From assembly GCF_006345805.1 (NCBI RefSeq), contig NC_043004.1, forward strand, positions 91,388,001 to 91,452,000: DNA of 64,000 bases, in the 5' to 3' direction. Source of the DNA: Octopus sinensis (taxonomy: Eukaryota). Under the pieces are notes generated by a model. That model worked only from the letters and a program-made list of their open reading frames with translations, was not told the origin of the DNA and searched no databases. Positions 1 to 10,893 of this stretch are shown piece by piece. How positions within the stretch are numbered: the stretch's first letter is position 1; each line of letters begins with the position of its first letter. The translations under genes were made by a program, and so were the position numbers.

Positions 1-409
1 GGGAAGAGGTTTTTCTTCTTCTTTGATAAATCCCTCTTCTGCACGGTATTTTTCAATGACCTCTTCGCCGAGTTCGAAAAACTTAATCTCCTCCAGGAAT
101 ATATCCAATGGAACATTAGAAGGTCTTCGAAGACGACCTCCACTGTGGTAGAAATACAGGATGGCATCAAAACTGGGACGATTTCTATCGAAGAAATATT
201 CATTGCGGTAAGGGTCGTAATAGCGGTTCCGCTTCTTAGGGTTACCTAACAGCGTATCCGGAAACTGACTAAGAGTTCGTGTTTGTGTTTCGAACCTTAG
301 CCCGCTTACGTTGATGATAACACGATCTGACCGCTTGTACATTCGAAGAGAGCCACTACCAGCATCCAACTGGTTGTTCTCTTCATCCGGGTTTTTTAAG
401 TCCAGAGAC
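1..409 (-). CDS. Kv1.1: Coding exon of a Shaker-family voltage-gated K+ channel (Kv1.1): N-terminus plus T1/BTB tetramerisation domain; continues beyond position 1
   Basis: Reverse complement reads open from 408 to 1: [136 protein letters not shown]. Diagnostic Kv1 T1 motifs are [32 protein letters not shown] and [13 protein letters not shown]. Base 409 is the third base of a split codon. Confidence 0.97.
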
Positions 410-432
410 CTGTGAGAAAAGAAAGAAAGAAG
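410..432 (-). promoter_or_regulatory. 3' splice site (polypyrimidine tract plus CAG) of the Kv1.1 T1 exon
   Basis: Minus strand reads ttctttctttcttttctcacAG|Gtctctggac immediately upstream of the open frame. Confidence 0.85.
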
Positions 433-722
433 GTTATGATAAATATAGAGAATCAATTGTGGTTGATATTACTGCAGAAACATTAATAACAATTAATAAC
501 ATTTAATATTAATAATCATCATTGCAACATAAGAAAGCAAGAAATCATAACAAAACTGAGGTGACTGTTTCAAACTGCTATCATGGGAATGATGTGGCAG
601 CAGGGTGGAGTTGTACCCATAACAAATAGTCATTGGACCACTTCATTTGATTTAAAGGAGTTAATAACAAGGTACCATACAGATAAATAGTCCTCTGAAA
701 CAAAGAATTGGGAGAGAGAAGA

Positions 723-1080
723 TTATAGTAAAGGACAAAAAAGTGTTAGAGATTGATGAAATAAGAGAGAAAGGCCTGGAAAGGGAAGGAAAGAGATAGT
801 GAGAGAACAAGGTGAGTAGGAAGGTGAAAAGTCATAGATAAATAAATGAGAGAGACCGACAGAAAGAGAGTAAAAAAAGGGGGGGTGTTGTTTAGATATA
901 CATGTTAGTGTGTAGAAGAGAATAGAAAGATGTAGAGTGAGACATAGATAAATAGATGTACTAGTGTCAAGAGGAAGAGAGAAAACTAGAATTATAGATA
1001 GATGCATTTGAGTGAAAGAGAGAGCAAGGAGAGAGTAAGGAGAGAGGTAGCCAGACTGACAAACTGACGGACAAATGTGT
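723..1080. repeat. Low-complexity purine-rich (GA/GATA) tract, pyrimidine-rich on the Kv1.1 pre-mRNA strand
   Basis: Degenerate AG/AGAT repeats. Confidence 0.6.
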
Positions 1081-1460
1081 CAGTGTCCGGATGCAGTGAC
1101 ATAAACATTGATTTTCTGGTTTGGTTGAATGGTTTAATGGATGTGATAGTTTCATATCAATGTAGTTAACATATACCCATGCTCACATGTCCATAAATAC
1201 ATACAGATACACATGTACAGATACATGCATATGACATATACACCTATAAGAATACATACGTGTACATTTGCACAAACACAAACACGCACACACACACACA
1301 CATGCACCAGAGATACGTGTGTAACTGTAAAACACTACTTCACCCAAGTTTATCATTTTTATTTCCTTTGTACATTATATATTGTTTGAAACAATAAATT
1401 AAAAGAAAAATACATATACACCTTCCTATATGTGTGTGTGTGTGTATATATATATATATA

Positions 1461-1690
1461 CTTTATTTAAAGCAGCAGAAAATTCAACAAAACCTGTTAC
1501 TCTGAGTTTCCCGTTGCCGTTCATCGGACAGTTTTTCTAGCAAAAACTGTCCGATGAACGGCAACAGGAAACTCAGAGTAACAGGTTTTGTTGAATTTTC
1601 TGCTGCTTTAAATAAAGCATATTACTCTACCACTGGTATTTGAGTACTCTTTTTTCCACCTTGTTTCACATTTATGTGTTTACTCTGGTA
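1461..1690. mobile_element. (TA)n-flanked fold-back element (family H1, PLE-terminus-like) with a 76-bp inverted repeat and a unique 3' tail
   Basis: Arms 1461-1536 and 1542-1617, 5-nt loop CTAGC, one mismatch (1566). The tail catattactctac...ggtatttgagtact...atgtgtttactc recurs at ~10380-10450, ~28650-28706 (reverse) and ~34043-34113. Confidence 0.75.
1489..1535 (-). ncRNA. Type I hammerhead-like motif with variant core CCGAUGA; mirror copy on + strand at 1543-1589
   Basis: aaaaCTGT-CCGATGA-A-CG(GCAA)CG-G-GAAA-CTCAGA-GTA-ACAGgtttt: stem I CTGT/ACAG, stem II with GCAA tetraloop, quasi-palindromic stem III ACTC-A-GAGT, GUA triplet. Position U4 is C. Confidence 0.6.
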
Positions 1691-1717
1691 TATATATATA
1701 TATATATATATATATAC

Positions 1718-2504
1718 TAGCTGGTGTACCCAGTAATTCCTGGGGGTAAAGATGTTCTATTGAAACGCCCTATTACTCCGATATAGGAAAGCAATTTCGT
1801 TATAACTGCCACAAAAGGTGTATTTTCCATCATGAAAATGTACAAAAACTGTCACCTAGAGAAGGGAGAGGTTGTCAGATGTTGTGGAGAGAGGTTGTCG
1901 GAGGTTGACAAGAGAGGTTGTCGTTCACAGAAAAACTATTGTTTTATCTTGAGAAAAGCACTGTTGAAGTGCTAAGTGAAATTTGGCAATCGAGGATCGA
2001 ATCCACACTATGCCTACATGAAACCACTACAAGTATGTTGTGGAAAAAAATTTATCTACTGTCATGGAGAAAGTGCAACAGTAAAAAGGCAGAATTATCG
2101 GAGTAATGGGCATTCGAAAAAGTATGTGTATAGAAATGTATGAGTGAAGAGATTCAAATTAAGGAAGTGCAATAATAATGTTTAGCAATTCAAAACTGTG
2201 AGTAGTGAAATGCAGAATTAGGTCAGCTGACCATGAGAATCAAATATTGAATGCTTTGCTAAAAAGTGCATGTGGTATGGGTTATTTCCCTTGGGTTGTT
2301 TAAATAAAATAATAGTAATATGTAGTAGATAGGAGGATCCATTGGATGGGCCCTATTATCGATTTTTTTCAAAAATCTAAGTATGTCACGAAGTTTCCAG
2401 ACATGAGTTCTACTCATGTGTCAACTTTCATCAAAATCAATAGAACGATGAAGGAGGAGCTAGATAACAATGCCACAAACAAACACACACCAATTTCCAC
2501 CACC

Positions 2505-2510
<6 letters not shown>
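1718..2510 (+). mobile_element. Non-autonomous Helitron/Helentron-like interspersed element (HINE/Lep1-like)
   Basis: Begins ACTAGCTGGTGTACCCAG with a small hairpin and ends ...aactttcatcaaaatc...gaaggaggag...acaaacaaacacac; resembles the layout of such elements. Recognised by resemblance only. Confidence 0.4.
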
Positions 2511-2552
<42 letters not shown>

Positions 2553-2569
2553 ATATGCATATTTTATTC

Positions 2570-2785
2570 AATTCAAATTTTGGCACAAGGCCAGCAATTT
2601 CAGTGGTGTGAGTCAGTTGGTTATACTCACCCCAGTGATCAACTAGTTCTTATTTTATTAATCCTAAAATAATGAAAGGCAAAATCAACCCTAGCAGCAT
2701 TTGAACTCTGAATATAAAGACAAACAAAATACCACCAAGCATTTTGCCCAGCATGCTAATGATTCTGCCAGCTCACCACCTTTTT
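2570..2785 (-). mobile_element. tRNA-derived SINE family A, subfamily A2 (degenerate)
   Basis: Reverse complement of the head gtgagctggcagaatcattagc, B-box gagttcaaat, core gattttgcctttcatt and tail ccttgtgccaaaattt. Confidence 0.75.
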
Positions 2786-3499
2786 ATTGATGTCATAAAA
2801 ATTTAGAAACTTTTGAAAGGACATAATTTTTTCTGGAATGGGGAATTTTGAAGCAAATAAAGCTATAATTGGTAACATGCAAACATTGGGTTAAAAGCAA
2901 TCCGTGGATAAAGCCTTCATCCTTTTCTATACAAGGGTTATTATTCAATCCAATATTTATATGCTACTATTCATAGCTTCATTTTCTTTGAGATTCACCA
3001 TTCCAAACAAGAATTTCCCACAGTGCACCACCTTGAATATGTATCTTCTACAATAGCCTGAGCTGATCAAAGCATTATCAATAGATTTGATAGGCAGAAA
3101 CTGAAAGAAGCATATAGTATATGTAACTGTATATGTATATGCAGGAGTGTGTCTGTGTATATTCATGTGATCACCTGTATATATGCATGTGTGTGTTTGC
3201 ATGTGTGTGTCAATGTGTTTGTTTACATTTGCCCTTCTTTGAAAATTGTGAGCTACGAACATTGATGTCATTTTTCCTGTCAACAAATCCTCTGTTTGCT
3301 TTGTATCTTGAAAGATGTGTTAAATAAGAGTTCCCTTATGCGAAAAGCAAGTCTGGGCTAGCAGGAGGAACGTCTGACAATGCCTAAATAACATGCATGT
3401 CTAATCCTTGCTGGCTTTGAAAATGGACATTGAAATCAAATGAACACATATTTCTTCCAATCTTAAATCTCAAATGGAGGAATACATAATCAGCAATGC

Positions 3500-3700
3500 T
3501 GTTCTAGAAAAAAGAATACCTTATCATGAAACACTGACTACATTGGTTCTGGACAAATGGTTTGAATGAAGGAAGAGAGCTTTCCTCATCAAACCCTCTT
3601 CATGAACTAGCAACTGGGGAAAAAAATCATCACAAGAATATTCTCTCTCTTGTTACAATGACCAACTAAAGTTAACTCTTAAACTCTTGAAACTGAGATA
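3500..3700 (+). pseudogene. Decayed RTE (BovB-like) LINE ORF2 C-terminal fragment
   Basis: With frameshifts reads LHWF-GQMV*MKEESFPHQTL-HELATGEK...YNDQLKLTLK, matching the RTE motif LRWxGHVxRM...P.Q.L..EL..G.R...R.KDQLK. Confidence 0.5.
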
Positions 3701-3754
3701 AAATGTTGGAAACTGAGTTACTATCACAAAAAACTATGCACTAAAACATACTGG

Positions 3755-3960
3755 TTTCAAATTTTGGCACAAGGCAGCAGTTTGAGGGAAGGGGCTAAGT
3801 CAATTACATCAACCTCAGTACTCAATTAGTATTTATTTTATCAACCCTGAAAAGATAAAAGGCAAAATTGATCCCAGTGAGATTTGAACTCAGAAAATAA
3901 AGACAGACAAAATTTCACTAAACATTTTGCCCAGTATGCTAACAATTCTGCCAGCTCATG
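3755..3960 (-). mobile_element. SINE family A2 copy
   Basis: Same head, core and tail as 2570-2785. Confidence 0.75.
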
Positions 3961-4249
3961 GAATATATTATTGACACCATAAGAATTTATAAACTTTGAG
4001 AGAATGTGAAATAATTCTTTTTTGGAATAATGGATCTTAAAACAGATAAAGTCAAAAAATAATTTAGGGCTAAAAAACCTTTTTGGACAGAAAATGTTGA
4101 ATGAACAATGCCTCTCATATTTACAGGAGCAGCCTATGACCTTCTATCCAAAGGGGTTTTTTTAAACTCAATATTTACACATTACTACTTATAGCTTTAT
4201 TTATTTTTAAATCCTCAATTCCAAAAAGGAATTTTTTATAATATATATA

Positions 4250-4818
4250 CGAGGGGGTACCCCAAAGCGACTGGAATTTTGCAGTATTATTTTTATTCAC
4301 TTAATTTTACATATTTACACTTTCTGTTGCCTTCAAAGTATTCTCCATTTGAAGCAATGCATCAGTCCAGGTGTGTTTTCCACTGTTTGAAGCAATGCTG
4401 GAACTTTTTACAAAGTGATGCCTTTTAATACCTTCATCTTTTTTTTGTCTTCACATCTTCCACATCTGCAGATTCCATAGAACCAGCTTTGATCACCAGT
4501 GATGACCTTTGAAAAAAGGTTCAGATCAACTTCCAACTGTTCTTTCAGTTAACAACATACATTCAGTCCATGACTGCTTTTGATCTTTCATGACTAAGCG
4601 AAGAACAAATTTTGCTGTGACTCTTTTCATTTGCAATTCCTCACTCAAAATTCGTTGACAGGAGCTCCAGGACACACCAGTCATATCAACATCTCTGTCA
4701 ATTGTTCGATGATGGTTCTTCAAGATCAATTCATGAATTTTCATGACGTTTTCATTCGTTTGGGAGGTCAACTGTCATCCTGAATGGGGTTTGTCCTCAA
4801 GCAACAAGTGACCATTCC
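4250..4818 (-). mobile_element. Internally deleted mariner transposon (one terminal repeat retained)
   Basis: TA|CGAGGGGGTACCCAAA end at 4248-4266. Minus strand encodes NGH..EDKPHSG...TNENVMKIHELILKNHHRTI...CQRILSEELQMKRVTAKFV and KVITGDQSWFYG, joined directly to the C-terminal FQHCFKQWKTHLD*CIASNGEYFEG. Confidence 0.85.
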
Positions 4819-4852
4819 TATATATATATAATCATGTTGTGTATTTGACTTG

Positions 4853-4890
<38 letters not shown>

Positions 4891-4978
4891 CATGTTGAGT
4901 ATTTGACTTGATTATATATATATATGTATATATATAATTAATAAAAATATATATAATTAGTATAAAAATATATATAAT

Positions 4979-5150
4979 TAATAAAACACAAGAAAAAACA
5001 ACAACATGAGGACGTAGTACATGGAAAGTATTAAAAGATGCTCAGGGAAGGAAAGAAAGGGTGTTTTACATTTCAAGCAAAGCTCTTCTTCTGAAACAGG
5101 AAGTCCAAGAGAAAAGGAAAACAGAGGAAAGAAATCACTAACAATCCTCA
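4979..5150 (-). mobile_element. (TA)n-flanked PLE-terminus-like element, family H2, with a decayed HHR motif
   Basis: Homologous to 16259-16455 and 31808-32012; minus strand tgttt-CAGAAGA-A-GAGC-ttt-GCTT-GAAATGTA-aaac. Confidence 0.6.
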
Positions 5151-5165
5151 TTTTATATGTATACA

Positions 5166-5228
<63 letters not shown>

Positions 5229-5826
5229 TATAGTTTGGTACTAGTGCTTTGTCAAGTAGGACATGTAACCAGTCACATCTTTACATATATATATATATAT
5301 TGATATTACTGTACCCCTAACTAGGACATATATTTAGAATTCCATTGTCCTTCAATGTTCACCCAGGGGATGTTACTTCATGATACTGTGCATATAATCC
5401 TAATGCTGGTTCACTGTAATACATCAGCAAGCTGGGAAGTGTTACAATGGGTCATCTTGTTACTTTCCATCTACTGATGTATATTTTTAAACTGATTGAA
5501 CAAAACTGCATTTCAGGTGTACATATTACCTGTTTATCTCACACAGCATATATAACTTTATATTATATTACACCTACAGTTAAGTACTTATCCATTACTT
5601 CAGTTTTTGTGAAGGAATGGATGTCAAGCTATAAATGTTATATCAACAATCAACAAAGTAATGTTTCTAATATTAACCTTTTACTTGTCAGTACACAGTG
5701 GTAAGGAGGAATGTGTTGCAAACATCCAAACAATCTACTTTTTTATTGTTTTGTCATGTTATGCCAGTAAGAGACTTGATCTTGTGATCGGCCTCTGACA
5801 TTATCTACATTTTCACAAATAAAAAC

Positions 5827-6230
5827 TCATGTTGGTTTTGTATATTTGTGGTATTTCTCAAGGTGTACATAGCAATGCAAGCTCTGCCCAATGATTGACC
5901 ATTTAACGTTAAACTTGTCAAAACACCATTCTTTCAAATGCCATATGTAACTGGAAAAGGCTGAAGTGGTTTACTTTCCATCATTCATAAACATATATTT
6001 GTGAATCATGCAACAACTTTTGTAGCTGCATTCACTCTAACCAATGCCAGTCACTCATACCAACACTCATATCACAGTTTATTCCTGTATCACTTTCCAA
6101 AGATTCAACTTTCGCTTCATTGATAATGACTTTTATTTTGCATTTTCTATGAAGAGAACAGGTCTGTTTAGTACCACAGTTACTTTAGAATTGGAATTCA
6201 ATTGTAGGAATAAAGGGTTCTGTGCCCTGG
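5827..6230 (-). pseudogene. Decayed Penelope-like element GIY-YIG endonuclease
   Basis: SNCGTKQTCSLHRKCKIKVIINEAKVES (CNC..K..CPL.G.C...IIY.A.V-like), then after frameshifts TSAFSSYIWHLKEWCFDKFNVKWSIIGQ (T.LS..IW.LK....F.I.W.I) and EK. Confidence 0.6.
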
Positions 6231-6789
6231 TAGATAAAAAAAAAAAAAACTAACAAAAGCTATTATCTATGATACTTCAAACATATCTACATGCATAGAC
6301 ACTCACAAATTCCGGCATGAACTTATAGACAGATAGGTAGATGCATAGAGAGACACATAGCTAAATAGATAGATACACCCACACACACACATGTATGAAA
6401 GTATATAACTATCATTATCATTATCAGCATCACCATCAATATCCATCATCATCATCATTTTGACATTCACTTTTCCATACTTGAATGAGTTGAATGAAAC
6501 AACGTTGGATCAGAGTTTTTATGACCTTGTACCCTTCCTAATGCCAACCTTCGCCTGTTTCCAAGCAAAGTAATAATCACCTAGTCTTACAAACAACGAA
6601 GAGATTGGACAATGGTTACACTGAGAATGGGAAACAAACAACACTGTTTGAATGAGCCTTTTGTTTACAATCAGTAAATAGACACGAAGATCAAGGAAAA
6701 TATAGACTCACTCAAACAGCCAACAAAATCCACCTGATCCATGTAAGCATGGACAAGTGGATGTTAAATTGATGATGATAGTGTGTGTG

Positions 6790-7050
6790 TATCATCATCA
6801 ATCCTCATCAACACACAATGTCCATTTTCCATGCTGTAGCATGGGTTGGATGGCTTGGCAGGAACTGACAAGACCAAGGGCTGCACCAGGTTCAATTATC
6901 TGTTTTGGTTTGGTTTCTATAGCTTGATGCCCTTCCTAATGCTAACCACATTACAGAGTGTACAGGGTGCTTTTTATGTGACGCCAGCACCAGTGCTTTT
7001 TACATGTCACCAGCACCCACACCAATGCTTTTTATGTGGCACCTTGGTTT
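6790..7050 (-). mobile_element. Interspersed repeat family C (SINE-like, (GAT)n tail)
   Basis: ccatgctgtagcatgggttggatgg...gatgcccttcctaatgctaaccac...gtgcttttatgtg. Confidence 0.7.
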
Positions 7051-7060
7051 TAGGATAGAT

Positions 7061-7235
7061 GCAGGCATGGATGTTTGGTTATGAAGTGCATTTCCCAACT
7101 ACATGGTTTCAGGTTCAATCCCAGTCCCACTGCATGGAAACTGGGCTAAGTGTCTCAACTTCAGCCTCAGGCCAACCAAAGCTTTGTGACAGGATTTGGT
7201 AGACAAAGACTGAAAGAAGACCACTGTATGTATGC
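7061..7235 (+). mobile_element. SINE family B 5' half (degenerate)
   Basis: tRNA-like head gcaggcatggatgtttggtta...ggttcaatccc followed by aagtgtct...gcctcaggccaaccaaagc. Confidence 0.65.
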
Positions 7236-7250
7236 ATGTATATATATATA

Positions 7251-7627
7251 CACTTGCGTCAGAAATTAATTAGCACTTCTCAAATTTCTACATTAAATAG
7301 GTTAAATCAATTAACCTATGAGCTGTTCAAAACGTCTTACGCGATGAGAAAACTTAGTATGGTGTGATTTCGGTCCTTGCGAGGCGCTACCTATATCTAT
7401 TAAACAAAGGAAGATTTGTCTGCATCCACACTCCAAGTTGTTGTTGCACTGCTATGTCAACATCATAAGGCTGTAGACTCTCAAACTGCTCTGCAAACAA
7501 AGTTACGTCATCGTTCTGCGCAACAGTGAACTCGCAACAAAGCAATAGTTTGAGATATGGCCACTAGGTGACAGCACATACCTTGAGTGAAGAGCAAATC
7601 AAGGGTGCTAATTAATTTCTGACGGTA

Positions 7628-7630
<3 letters not shown>
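7251..7630. mobile_element. Tc1/mariner-type MITE, 380 bp
   Basis: 26-bp TIRs CACTTGCGTCAGAAATTAATTAGCAC (7251-7276) and GTGCTAATTAATTTCTGACGGTAGTG (7605-7630), 24/26 match, TA flanks. Confidence 0.9.
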
Positions 7631-7672
<42 letters not shown>

Positions 7673-7840
7673 ATATATACATATTTATATATTTATACAT
7701 ATATATATATATATATATATACATACATATTTATATATTTATACATATATAAATATATATATATATACATATTTATATATTTATATATATATATATATAC
7801 ATATACATATTTATATATATACATATATATATATATATAT

Positions 7841-8093
7841 GCCGGTGGCACGTAAAAGCACCATCCGTTCATGGCCGTTTGCCAGCTCTGTCTGACATCT
7901 GTGCGGGTGGCACGTAAAAAGCACCCACTACACTCACGGAGTGGTTGGCGTTAGGAAGGGCATCCAGCCGTAGAAACACTGCCAGATCTGACTGGGCCTG
8001 ATGAAGCCTTCCGGCTTCACAGACCCCAGTTGAACCGTCCAACCCATGCTAGCATGGAAAGCGGATGCTAAATGATGATGATGATGATGATGA
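7841..8093 (+). mobile_element. Family C repeat, copy 1 of a tandem pair
   Basis: gccggtggcacgtaaaagcacc...ggttggcgttaggaagggcatccagccgtagaaa...aacccatgctagcatggaaagcggatgctaaatgatgatg. Confidence 0.85.
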
Positions 8094-8256
8094 TATATAT
8101 ATACATACATATTATATATATATATGTATATATACATATTTATATATATATACATATTTATATATATATATATACATATTTATATATATATACTACAAAG
8201 TGTATATATATATAACATATACATATTTATATATATACATATATATATATATATAT

Positions 8257-8508
8257 GCCGGTGGCACGTAAAAAGCACCATCCGTTCATGGCCGTTGCCA
8301 GCTCTGTCTGACATCTGTGCGGGTGGCACGTAAAAAGCACCCACTACACTCACGGAGTGGTTGGCGTTAGGAAGGGCATCCAGCCGTAGAAACACTGCCA
8401 GATCTGACTGGGCCTGATGAAGCCTTCCGGCTTCACAGACCCCAGTTGAACCGTCCAACCCATGCTAGCATGGAAAGCGGATGCTAAATGATGATGATGA
8501 TGATGATG
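8257..8508 (+). mobile_element. Family C repeat, copy 2 of a tandem pair
   Basis: Identical to 7841-8093 apart from homopolymer lengths. Confidence 0.85.
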
Positions 8509-9108
8509 ATATATATATACATACATATTTATATATATATATGTATATATACATATTTATATATTATACATATTTATATATATATATATACATATTTATA
8601 TATATATACTACAAAGTGTATATATATATATACATATAATATATATATATATACATATTATATATATATACATATTTAGATATATATATATATACATATT
8701 TATATATATATACTACAAAGTGTATATATATATATATATATATATATAAATGTAATTACAAATTTGGGTATACACTTTGTAGTCAGCTATTTAAAGCCTG
8801 TTCCCTGAATTCAGCTATCTGATGTCATCGGCAGTATGGATTTAAATGCCACTGGATTTACTTCAGGAATTCCTTTATGCATGCGGGTAGCTACAGACAA
8901 CTACCAAAATGTATTCTGATTGAAATAAGCAAAACAGAGATTAAAGAACGAGGTACCTTTTGACAAGTCACATCTACATGGAATGATGCACCACAATTAT
9001 TTGTACAGCATTTCATCCATGAGGGACTGATGCACAATGTAGTGAATTCCATTTTCTTTCTCATTCTCTCATATATATATATGTGTGTGTATTAATGGAA
9101 AACCTCTA

Positions 9109-9201
9109 TAATTGGCTGATGAGTGCTCAGCATTTTAAAACTGTTGTAATACTTACAACATTTAATAAAATGATGTAGTACGAAACGATCGTACCAAATT
9201 A
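9109..9201 (+). ncRNA. Canonical type I hammerhead ribozyme with an extended stem II
   Basis: taaTTGG-CTGATGA(9116-22)-GTGCT...AGTAC-GAAA(9182-85)-C-GATC-GTA(9191-93)-CCAAatta. Stem II continues as CATTTTA/TAAAATG and TGTTGTAA-tac-TTACAACA; stem III loop is the palindrome GATC. Confidence 0.85.
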
Positions 9202-9239
9202 CTGGAGTCATTCTTGTTGCTTATTTTGATTATATATAT

Positions 9240-9520
9240 ATATGATGGAATGGATTCTCCTGTTGAAGATGATGTATGAATGACCTGCACAAATGATTTG
9301 TTTATAGTGATCAAATGCTCGTGCCGTACATTAGTTCACTCTCTCCATCAAATTGATGTTGTCTGAACAAGTGCACGATGTACCATGTCTTAAGTGTCAA
9401 AGTGATCACAGAGCAACATGAAATTAAGTGTTTTGCTCAAGAATGCAATGCACTACCAGGTCTAGGAATTGAAACCACGATCTCATGATGATGATTGCAG
9501 TACACTAACCACTTGGCCAT
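9240..9520 (-). mobile_element. tRNA-headed SINE with CORE-like domain (family E-related)
   Basis: Minus strand tatggccaagtggttagtg...gtggtttcaattcc...ttcttgagcaaaacactta. Confidence 0.5.
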
Positions 9521-9854
9521 ATATATGACTCTATGTTGACTGGTGATACGGTATGGACAGATTTTCGAAATCCAATGATACCCTACATGCCTATTTGGTT
9601 ATGAAATTTTACAAATACACTCTCTTAGGGAGATATGATATACCTATCATTATGGATAATACTACATGTACTTTTCATATTTTTCATAGTGTGATGTAAC
9701 TCTTTGGAATAACAATGCATGCGGCTGAAGAGAGCTTTAAACCATCTTTTATATCTATTATACACTGATGTAAGAATAGGTCGTTTATAAAGCTTGAAAC
9801 ATGTGTACCACAACATCCTTTGTGCTCTGTTTTTGACTTTATTTGATATATATA

Positions 9855-10085
9855 TATTTCTTTACTGCCCAGAAGGGGCTAAACATAGAGGGGACGAACA
9901 AGGACAGACGAAGGGATTGAGTCGATTATATCATCCCCAGTGCGAAACTGGTACTTTATTTATCGATCCCGAAAGGATGAAAGGCAAAGATGACCTCGGC
10001 GGAATTTGAACTCAGAACGTAACGACAGACGAAATACCGCTAAGCATTTCGCCCGGCGCGCTAAAGTGTCTGCCAGCTCGCCGCC
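9855..10085 (-). mobile_element. SINE family A1, full length
   Basis: ggcggcgagctggcagacacttt...gagttcaaattccgccgaggtc...tttcgggatcgataaa...gtttagcccc...aaagaaata. Confidence 0.9.
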
Positions 10086-10115
10086 TTATATACACTTTAT
10101 TAATAACCACTCTCA

Positions 10116-10163
<48 letters not shown>

Positions 10164-10164
<1 letters not shown>

Positions 10165-10450
10165 TTTATTAATAAGGCTGCAAAGACATCACAAAAACTA
10201 CTACTCAGAGTTTCACATGCCTGTTCATTGGGCAACTTTGGTTCAAATTCTTACTCAGTGTTTCATATTCCCATTCATCGGACAATCTTGGTTCTCAACT
10301 AAAACTGTCAGATAAACGGGAACGTGAAACTCTAAGTAATAGTTTTTGTGATGTCATTGCAGCTTTAATTATAATAAAGCATATTACTCTACCTCTGGTA
10401 TTCGAGTGCTATTTTTATCACCTTGTTTCACATTTATGTGCTTATTCTTG
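10164..10450. mobile_element. Family H1 fold-back element with an extra internal HHR-like copy
   Basis: Arms ~10164-10213 and ~10325-10379; minus strand attgt-CCGATGA(10281-10275)-atgggaatat-GAAAC-actga-GTA; H1 tail follows. Confidence 0.7.
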
Positions 10451-10475
10451 TAACACACACACACACACATATATA

Positions 10476-10893
10476 TCTCTTTTTCTTTTCTCATTTACTT
10501 GTTTCAGTCATTTTTTGACTGTGGCCATGCTGGAGCAACGCCTTTAGTCGAGCAAATCGACCCCGGAACTTATTTTTTGTAAGCCCAGTACTTTATTCTA
10601 TCGGTCTCTTTTGCCGAACCACTAAGTGACGGGAACATAAACACACCAGCATCGGTTGTCAAACAATGCTAGGGGGACAAACACAGACACACAAACATAT
10701 ACACACACATACATATATATATATATATATGACAGGCTTCTTTCAGTTTCCGTCTACCAAATCCACTCACAAGGCATTGGTCGGCCCGAGGCTATAGCAG
10801 AAGACACTTGCCCAAAGTGCCACGCAGTGGGACTGAACCTGGAACCATGTGGTTGGTAAGCAAGCTACTTACCACACAGCCATTCCTGCGCCT
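10476..10893 (-). mobile_element. SINE family B, full length (tRNA head, internal (TA)/(TG) microsatellite)
   Basis: aggcgcaggaatggctgtgtggtaagtagc...ggttcagtcccactgcgtggcac...ttagtggttcggcaaaagagaccgatag...gactgaaacaagtaaa. Confidence 0.9.

Noticed and set aside
7998-8020. CTGATGA followed by an AGCC/GGCT hairpin in family C
   Set aside because: No GAAA follows, and other family C copies read cctggtgcagcc; coincidental.
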